32,000 bases of DNA. It comes from Candidatus Electrothrix sp. GW3-4. GTDB lineage: Bacteria > Desulfobacterota > Desulfobulbia > Desulfobulbales > Desulfobulbaceae. The notes under the pieces were generated by a model, which was not told the DNA's origin, did not search any database, and was given only the letters and a program-made list of their open reading frames with translations. The position numbers were made by a program, and so were the translations under genes. The stretch covers positions 2,520,001-2,552,000 of the forward strand of contig NZ_CP147990.1 in assembly GCF_037902255.1 (NCBI RefSeq). Reading direction: 5' to 3'. Below, piece by piece: positions 24,700 through 32,000 of this stretch; within the stretch, counting starts at the first letter, position 1; each line of letters opens with the position of its first letter.

Positions 24700-25278
24700 T
24701 TACAGTGAAACACCAATTTTCCTCTCTTTTATTTGCTTGAATTGCTTTATTATATCATCTTCGACCTTTCCAGTTTTTAATTCAAGGATTTCCAGAATAA
24801 CTCCCGCGATATCAGACAAATGCTCTCGAACAAATATTAATTCTTCACGTCGTTTCTGTTGTTCCTCTGAGTTAAATCTCTTAATGTTACGCTCAAAACT
24901 CGGTCCCCAGAAAATAGGACGAGGCCGTGACGACTCCGCTGACACAGAGAAAGGATAAAGAGAAAGTATTAAACTTCTCGTAGCTCTATCCTCCTGTTTC
25001 CACCAGATAAGCTCTATGTCCACTTTATTTCTGAACCATAATTCCATGACGGCAGGCATCGCAATATCATAATCAATAGACAGAGCATGCGAAAGTAAGG
25101 TTGCCTCCATTTCATCTTGAACATCAGCGGCATTCTCTGATTTAGCCATGCGTTTAAGCTGTAACGAGAAATTATTTTTCCAATTTATTTCTTGCCCTGC
25201 CGCAAGAGTATCACTGCATGATAACAACAAAAGCAGCAAAACAAAATTGATACATTTTATTTTGTTAAAGAGGATCAT
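24700..25278 (-). CDS. putative lipoprotein immunity protein for the module B toxin
   Basis: A 192-aa ORF whose ATG at 25278 overlaps the rhs-B 3' end by 14 nt. GGAG lies 6 nt upstream. The signal/lipobox reads MILFNKIKCINFVLLLLLLS/CSD. Confidence 0.7.
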   Translation of the reverse strand: MILFNKIKCINFVLLLLLLSCSDTLAAGQEINWKNNFSLQLKRMAKSENAADVQDEMEATLLSHALSIDYDIAMPAVMELWFRNKVDIELIWWKQEDRATRSLILSLYPFSVSAESSRPRPIFWGPSFERNIKRFNSEEQQKRREELIFVREHLSDIAGVILEILELKTGKVEDDIIKQFKQIKERKIGVSL

Positions 25279-28200
25279 AATATTCTCCTAATTGCGCTGT
25301 TGATCCTGTCGTTGGATCAATCTTGTAAAATCCAAGGTTTTTCTTTTTCTTTTTTTCGTCCCAATATCCTGGAGCACTTCTCCATTTATCACCTTTTATA
25401 GAACAGGACGCTGAAGCCGCGACGACATGACACCCAGTTGCTGCTGCAAGCGATGATGAAAAAGACTGGGCAATTCGACACGAGTGAATTTGAATTGTGC
25501 ATTTAGATGCAAATTTTATCTTTTTCCGCTTGATATCAACTTTTAAATCACTAATAGTTGCGGAGCCTGGTTGAACCCAAGAACTTCCGTCAGAATAAAA
25601 CCCTACTCCGTCCGCTGTAGCAGGAATACCGGCTCCATTTGAGTTCGGATCGTTTTCATCATAACCCCAACCATGACCGGCTATAGTCAGTAATTTGATT
25701 GAACACTTTGATTTTTTACACTGATCCGCTAAGAATTTTAACATTTCCCAGCCTGTTCTTGCCGCAATCCATCTTCCCTTATCCGAACTGTCTTGTACAA
25801 TTTTTTTGAACAGGTTGTTTTGACTGTCTTTAGTTGGTCCATAACCATTTAAGAATGCCACTCCGACTTTAATCATTCCTAAATAATCCCATCCGTTAAC
25901 CCCATCATTCCCCACAAACCCATACAGATTAACTCCGCCATCCTCTCCAATCGGATCCCTGCTCAACCACCGCCCCAACTCAGGAGAATAATACCGATAC
26001 CCATAATAATACAGCCCTGTCATATCATCGGCATACTTCGAGCTGAACCGGAAGGGATTCGTTCCGGCATAAGTTCCCATAGCAGAAGTCAATCCACCGA
26101 AGGGCGCATATTCGTAGGCAGCAACAACACTTCCATCCGCAGTATCAATCAACTGTCCTACATTACCGTTGGCATCGTAGAAATAGAGGTGAACTTTATC
26201 TGCTCCGTGGTCAACTCGTGCCAGAATTCCACCGGTACCGCCTGCACCCTGAATACTCTGCGACAGATCAAGTCCGTGGACATAACTGGCCGTAACAACA
26301 CCACTTCCTTCCAGCTCCTCAATCATATTCCAGCCGTCATAGACGAACAGGGCTGTTTCATCGGGCTGCCAGACTGCGCCGTCCCAGGCGGTTGTAATTT
26401 TTCGTGCTCTGCGGCCCATGTAGTCGTAGAGAAATTCGAGTTTTTTATCACCAACAGCAGGGGTTTTCGGAGTAACCGTGATAAGCCGGTTTTCTCCGTT
26501 CCAGGCATAGGTGAAGGTTCCGTCATCAGTAAGGCCACCGTCATCATCATACGCCGGGCTGACCGCAGAGCCGTTCGTATCCACCGAGATGTACTGATTC
26601 AGATCATTCGCTGTGTAATCGACCGAGGTATAGGTTCCCGTGTTGATGAGTTTCTGATCCGGCGGGACCGGCAGGGAGATGGAAAAGGCATCTCCGGTGG
26701 TGGTCATGGAATTCCGTCGCCCGATGTTGTCGTGGGTGTAGTCATACTGAGAAATAACGCTCACGCTGTACTCGTTTTTCACACCGGTTTTCAGGTTACG
26801 ATGGGGTTCATAGGAATAGCCTGTTGATGCGCCGGAGCCGAAGGTTGCGTTTTTCAGCAGGTGCGAGTTCGGCTCGTAGCCGTACTGCACGGTATCGCTG
26901 TGCGTGCCAATATTCCATGAAACTCCGTTGAAACGTCCGGTATTGTCGTATCCGTAGGTGACTGCGTAATTGCTGCCTGTGCTGAAACCGGTGTTTCTGC
27001 CGACAACTCCGGCGGTTGCATAGGTGCGGGTGAGGATTCGGCTGATCAGTCCTGTGATGCTTTCGCTGTCCGGTTGAAGAGCAGTGTTATAGGCAAAGGT
27101 GCGAGTGCCGACCGCATCACTGACCGTGTGCCTCTGACCGGAACGGTAGTAGGTGAAGCCGATATCCGGGGTGGAGTCGGAATAATCAATGCCAGTCAGC
27201 TCCCCGGTGTTCGGGTCGTAGCTGTAGGTGGTTGTGATGGCCGGAGTTCTGGCCCAGGTTCGGGTGTGCAGCCTGCCGCCTTCGAGATAGGTGTATTGCG
27301 TGCTCTTATTTTGTGCATCCTCCTTGCTCTCCAGCAGGCCAGTGGCCTCGTGGTAATGCCAGCGGGTGATATCGGCCAGCCCGTCGTTGGCAGACGGCCA
27401 GGTCGGAGACTCCCAGCCCTCGCCGCTACGCCAGCTGTGCATGGCATCCATTCTGCCGTAGTTGTCGTATTCATAGCGGACAGGCGTTGTTCCACCCCAG
27501 GTATGGGTGACCCGATCAAGGTCGTCGTAGAGAAAGTAGACCGTCCGGTTCTCCGCATCGGTTACTGAAGTTTTCCTGCCCGTGACCGGATCGTAGCTGT
27601 ACTCTGTCCGGTTGCCTGCCGCGTCTTCTGTATAATCAACCTGCCCCTGGCTGTTGTAATGAGTGATACTCTGGCCGGTGCGGGGATCAGTGACGCCGAT
27701 ACGTCGTTCCAGGGCGTCGTACTGATAGGTCGTGGTGATGCCGGATTTATCTGTGGAAGATTGCAACAGACCGTAGATGTTTTCCTGCTCCGCATTCGTA
27801 TCCGAATCAGGATAGTCTGTGATTTCCGTAACTGTATGTGAGGTCCGGTTGATATACTGCGACGAAACAGTCTCATTGTCGTGGATGTCCGTGCTCACGG
27901 TTTCGGCAATCAGGCCGCCTGCGCCCAGACCGGTCAGGCGAGTCCGGGTTTTGCCGGTGATTGTCTCGGCAGATGAACCGAATTCGGCAAAGATACTCTG
28001 TACCTGTTCCTGCCACCACGCACCGTTATCCAGGAGAAAGGCTGTGCTGCTGCCGCTGATCCGGTCGTCTGAGGCGGTTTCCAGGACCCCGCTGCTGTCG
28101 ATATCCAGACCTGAACGGATTCTGTTGCCCAGTTCGTCGTACTGATGCAGGGTGTCAGCCAGTCCCGGCGCAGTTGTTCGGATCAGCTGCCCTTTGTCGT

Positions 28201-29763
28201 TGTAAAAATTCTCCGAGACTTCCGTGCCCAGATAACCCGGCTTTTCGGTCTTCACTGTCCGTCCGGCCAGGTCTGTTGTGGTTTTCTCCCAGACCGGTGA
28301 GGAAGCGGTTCCGCTATGCACCTCTGTCCAGATGCTGCCGTCGCTGTTCACCCCGTAGCTGTAAAACCGCGGCACCACGCCGCTACCAATCACGGATCTG
28401 GTTCGACCATCCAAATAGGTTTCTGTGATTTCGGTGATATTACCGGGCCGGGTTTCAGTAGTGATCCGACCTCCTGAAGCATAATCGTAGTTGGTGGTCA
28501 GGTTCCTGCTGTCGGTCCGGCTGATGATCCTGCCGGACAGGTCGTACTGGCTGGAACTGCCCAGACTGAGACTGCCGGAGGACACGGTTTCGGTGAGCCG
28601 TCTGCCCGAAGCGTCGTAAGTATAATCAGTTACAACAGGCCCCTGTTCAGCAGCACGGCTTTGACTGATGAGGCGGCGCAGGCCGTCATAGCTGAAATCA
28701 GTCCGCACGCCGGTGGCGTTGATCTCGAAATTCTTCACGCAGCAGGACCAGTCTGTTTCAACAAGCGTGCCGTCCGAGGATGTCCGGTCGGTCACTCTGC
28801 CGAAATCATCAAATTCCTGCGCTGTCCAGCTCACCGGCTGATAGCTGCTCCCGTCGTAGACCAGGGTCTGCTGAAATACCCCTTTACCCAGGCTGTCGCT
28901 GATGCTTTCTTCTTTACTCGTCTTCAGAGCAATGCCCGCTGGCGAGCTTTCCGTACCATGTACCGTCGTGACCCGTTCGTCCGTGCCTGTGCCCGGTGTG
29001 AAGACCTGGCTGCCGACATCAAAGCTCCCCTGTTCATAGGTGGTGGTTGTCAGCCGTCCGTCCGATGAAAGCACGGATTGCAGCCTGCCTGCGAAGATGC
29101 TGCCGTCTTCAGGATAATAGGTCGTGACCGTGCGCAGGTTGGCCGGATCACCAAAGGACGTGGCCTGGGCAGTGGCGATCTCGCTGATCTCCTGCCTGCT
29201 GCCTGAGCCATCAACGGAGTAGACAACGTATTTCCGGGAGGTGACAATACCGCCCGTGGTTTCTGTCGTAATTCTGGGACGATTTTTATCCTCGTCCAGA
29301 TCCGAATCACCGGTTAATGCTGTGGGATCGTAGTTATAGCTTGTGACACGGGCATTGGCCCTCTGGCTGATATCCCCAGATCCAGCCAGCTCGAATATTG
29401 GGCCGCAATCCGGCCCTGGCTGTCGTATTCGTAATATTCCCAGGAACCGTCTGGATTTTCGACGGACTTCAGTTTGGAATAACTGCCCGGATTATTGCTG
29501 TCTTCGTAATAGGTGAAGCTTGTGACCAGATTGTCACCGTCCGAGTCGTCGGCCTGATTAAGCAGTTCCTCGCCCCAAGGGAATTCTTTGTAGGTTCGCT
29601 CAATCACCGAGGATATATGACCGGAACTGTTTTTCACGATCTCCCGCCGAACGATGGTCTCACCGACAACCTGCTCGGAGCGTTCGCTTATCCGCTCACC
29701 GTCCGCCTCGCTCAGGGTCCAGGCTCCTATGCTGCTGCCGCTGATCTGGAACAGAACAAATGT
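25265..29763 (-). pseudogene. longest Rhs/YD module (B); 5'-truncated and interrupted by a 1-nt frameshift; His-Gly...Cys putative peptidase tip
   Basis: The frame opens directly after the immunity A stop (..TFVLFQISGSSIGAW..) with no start codon. It stops at 29314 and homology continues in another frame from about 29398 (IFELAGSGDISQRANARVTSYNYD...), joining tracked ORF 25265..29074. The core end is [28 protein letters not shown]. The tip spans 25268..25873. Confidence 0.8.
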
Positions 29764-30174
29764 TTAAAGATAACGATATCCTTCCGCCGGATAGTCAATT
29801 TTCAGTCCTTTCGTGTGATAAACTGTGATCTTCTTTGAATCATTATCTACTTTCAATATCGTTTTATAACTATTATAAATACCGCTTTGAATGATGACCT
29901 CAAAAGAGCCGTCCTTGTCAATATCAGTGCATTCTACTTCTAAAACATCACCAGATATCGTAGGACCGTCTTTTCGATTACCCTCACTGTCTTCATGGTA
30001 GAAGATGATCGTGTCCCATGAAGACGAAGATGCACCATTATCATATTCATAACGAAATCCACCAGCCTTCATGTCTCCACATTTATTTTTACAAGCGATA
30101 GGAAAAATAAAGAAAAACAAAATCAAAAAAATAGCCCGACCCTCTTTATTCAACCTGCTTTTATCTTTATACAT
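29764..30174 (-). CDS. putative lipoprotein immunity protein for the module A toxin
   Basis: A 136-aa ORF starting 8 nt after the rhs-A stop. Hydrophobic N-terminus with a lipobox-like FPIA/C. AT-rich. Confidence 0.6.
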   Translation of the reverse strand: MYKDKSRLNKEGRAIFLILFFFIFPIACKNKCGDMKAGGFRYEYDNGASSSSWDTIIFYHEDSEGNRKDGPTISGDVLEVECTDIDKDGSFEVIIQSGIYNSYKTILKVDNDSKKITVYHTKGLKIDYPAEGYRYL

Positions 30175-30182
30175 AGCACATT

Positions 30183-32000
30183 CTATTTTATATATTTCTC
30201 AATAAACCGAAATTTATCTGGATCTAATTCTCCAGGATCTAACGGAACAACATCGGGAAGATTACTTGAATTATCACGCCATAATGCCGTCTGTTCTGGA
30301 CTTAGATTTCGTCTTGACGAACCGCCTGCTCTATTCCAAAAATGTTTTTTCCCCTCTCTTAGCCAACTAACTAGTAGTTCGGTATTTCTTCTACTGTATC
30401 CACAACAGAAATGCCCTTTTAAATCTACCATTGCATCAAGAACAAAATTAATGGTCAGGTTAACAGTTCCTGCATCTGTTGTTAAACTCTTTGCGACATC
30501 GTTTATTTTTCTACTTTTTGACGAACTAAAATTATACCCCATATAATTGAGAGCCGTTATTAAATTAATATTTGCTGGTCCAAGATCATGCCTTCCTGCG
30601 TGAACTTGGGTCACTGCTTTTTGAGCAACATTCCCTCGTTTCCAAGATTCATCTATCCACCCAACTAAGCCTTGTGTTCCTGGAATCATATGTAAGCCTG
30701 TTCCTGCTGTAACGTCTTGTAGATAATCATATATCCCCTTTAGTCCTATTTGAGTTGAATATTCATCCGCTATAAATTTTAACGAGGTCGCACGAAATAA
30801 CATTTTACAACTTACAGAGGAAAGACCACCTAATTGACATTTTTTATCAACTCCTTCTCTTACCATTGGAGATAGTTGTCGTATTTTATTTTTAACTTTG
30901 CTTGAATACTCCTCAAGCCCCAAATAATCCCATCCATTAATCCCATCATTCCCCACAAACCCATACAGATTCAGTCCGCCATCTTCCCCAATAGGATCCC
31001 TGCTCAACCACCGGCCAAGCTCAGGGGAATAATACCGATACCCGTAATAATACAACCCCGTCACACCATCGGCATACTTGGAGCTGAACCTGAACGGATT
31101 GGTCTCCGCATAGCTTCCCATAGCAGAAGTCAGGCCGCCGAAGGGTGCGTATTCGTAGGCGGCGGCCACAGAACCGTCCGAGCTGTCGAGGAGCTGGCCT
31201 ACGTTACCGTTGGCGTCATAAAGATAAACGTGAACTTTATCCGCCCCGTGATCAATCCGGGCTAAGATACCTCCAATACCTCCGGCACCCTGCAACGACT
31301 GACTCAGATCAAGGCCGTAGACATAACTCGCCGTAACAGCTCCGGCCCCGTCCAGTTCCTCAATCAGGTTCCAGCCGTCGTAGACAAAGAAGCGGGTTTC
31401 ATCAGCTTGCCAAGTTGAGCCGTCCCAGGCAGTTGTAATTTTCCGCGCTCTGCGGCCCATGTAATCATAAAGAAACTCAAGCTTCTCATCCCCGACAGCC
31501 GGTGTTTTCGGGGTAATGGTGATGAGCCGGTTCTCTTCGTTCCAGCTATAGGTGAAGGTTCCGTCGTCGGTAAGGCCGCCGTCGTTATCATACGCCGGAC
31601 TGGCCGCTGCCCCGTTCGTCTCCACGGAAGTATACTGATTCAGATCATTCGCCGTGTAATCGACCGAGGTATAGGTTCCCGTGTTGATGAGTTTCTGATC
31701 CGGCGGAACCGGCAGGGAGACGGAAAAGGCATCCCCGGAGGTCGTCATGGTTTTCCGACGCCCTATATTGTCATGGGTATAGTCGTACTGTGAAATTGTT
31801 GTGGTGTTATACGTATTCAGTACAGAAGTTTTCAGGTTACGATGGGTTTCGTAGGAATAGCCTGTTGATGCACCGGAGCCAAAGGTTGCGCTTTTTAGCA
31901 GGTGTGAGTTCGGCTCGTACCCGTACTGCACAGTATCGCTGTGCGTGCCGACATTCCAGGAAACACCTCCGAAGCGTCCGGTGCTGTCATAGCCATAGGT
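30183..32000 (-). CDS. Rhs/YD-repeat protein, module A (partial; continues beyond the right edge), with an unassigned 243-aa toxin tip
   Basis: The frame stays open to position 32000 (..[31 protein letters not shown]..). The core end is [28 protein letters not shown]. The tip spans 30186..30914. Confidence 0.85.
   Translation of the reverse strand, partial: [605 protein letters not shown]
31471..32000 (-). repeat. partner copy of 11384..11913 (may extend beyond the window)
   Basis: See the partner entry. Confidence 0.8.

Noticed and set aside
5789-31931. Possibility that the repeated units form a CRISPR array or a diversity-generating retroelement (template/variable repeat pairs).
   Set aside because: The repeats are kilobase-long protein-coding rhs core segments, not short repeats with spacers. 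No reverse transcriptase is present in the window. Differences between copies are not confined to adenine positions (for example G/A at 9240 versus 16724 and CC/TT near 11262 versus 20809).

Overview
About 27 of the 32 kb (roughly 4.85-32.0 kb, all minus strand) is a tandem, co-oriented array of Rhs/YD-repeat polymorphic-toxin modules. There are six long rhs reading frames, labelled A, B, C, D, H and I from right to left. There is also one IS-disrupted module (E), one orphan toxin tip (F) and two short core fragments (G, J). Each long frame ends in the conserved Rhs core terminus ([12 protein letters not shown].NLYGF...D.LG[LMQ]). After that comes a different, visibly AT-rich C-terminal toxin domain and a small gene for an exported or lipoprotein-type putative immunity protein. 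Every rhs frame that begins inside the window is 5'-truncated at a different core position and has no credible start codon or RBS. Only module A could be full length, because it runs off the right edge. The copies share long near-identical core segments (one 1.7 kb stretch with a single mismatch seen) and are mosaics of one another. Two carry frameshifts. A conserved 27-bp imperfect palindrome sits exactly at the immunity-gene/truncated-rhs junction in three modules, with a degenerate fourth copy. As a result, three consecutive cassettes (D, H, I) are delimited in a way that recalls an integron or Xer-site cassette array; no recombinase gene is present in the window. A 1,332-bp IS3-family element with no target-site duplication interrupts the array, and an IS256-like transposase remnant caps its distal end. 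The left 4.4 kb holds a small secreted protein gene and a 1,227-aa secreted parallel beta-helix protein. I found no rRNA, tRNA or CRISPR features. All homology statements come from reading the sequence and from remembered family motifs; no database search was run.
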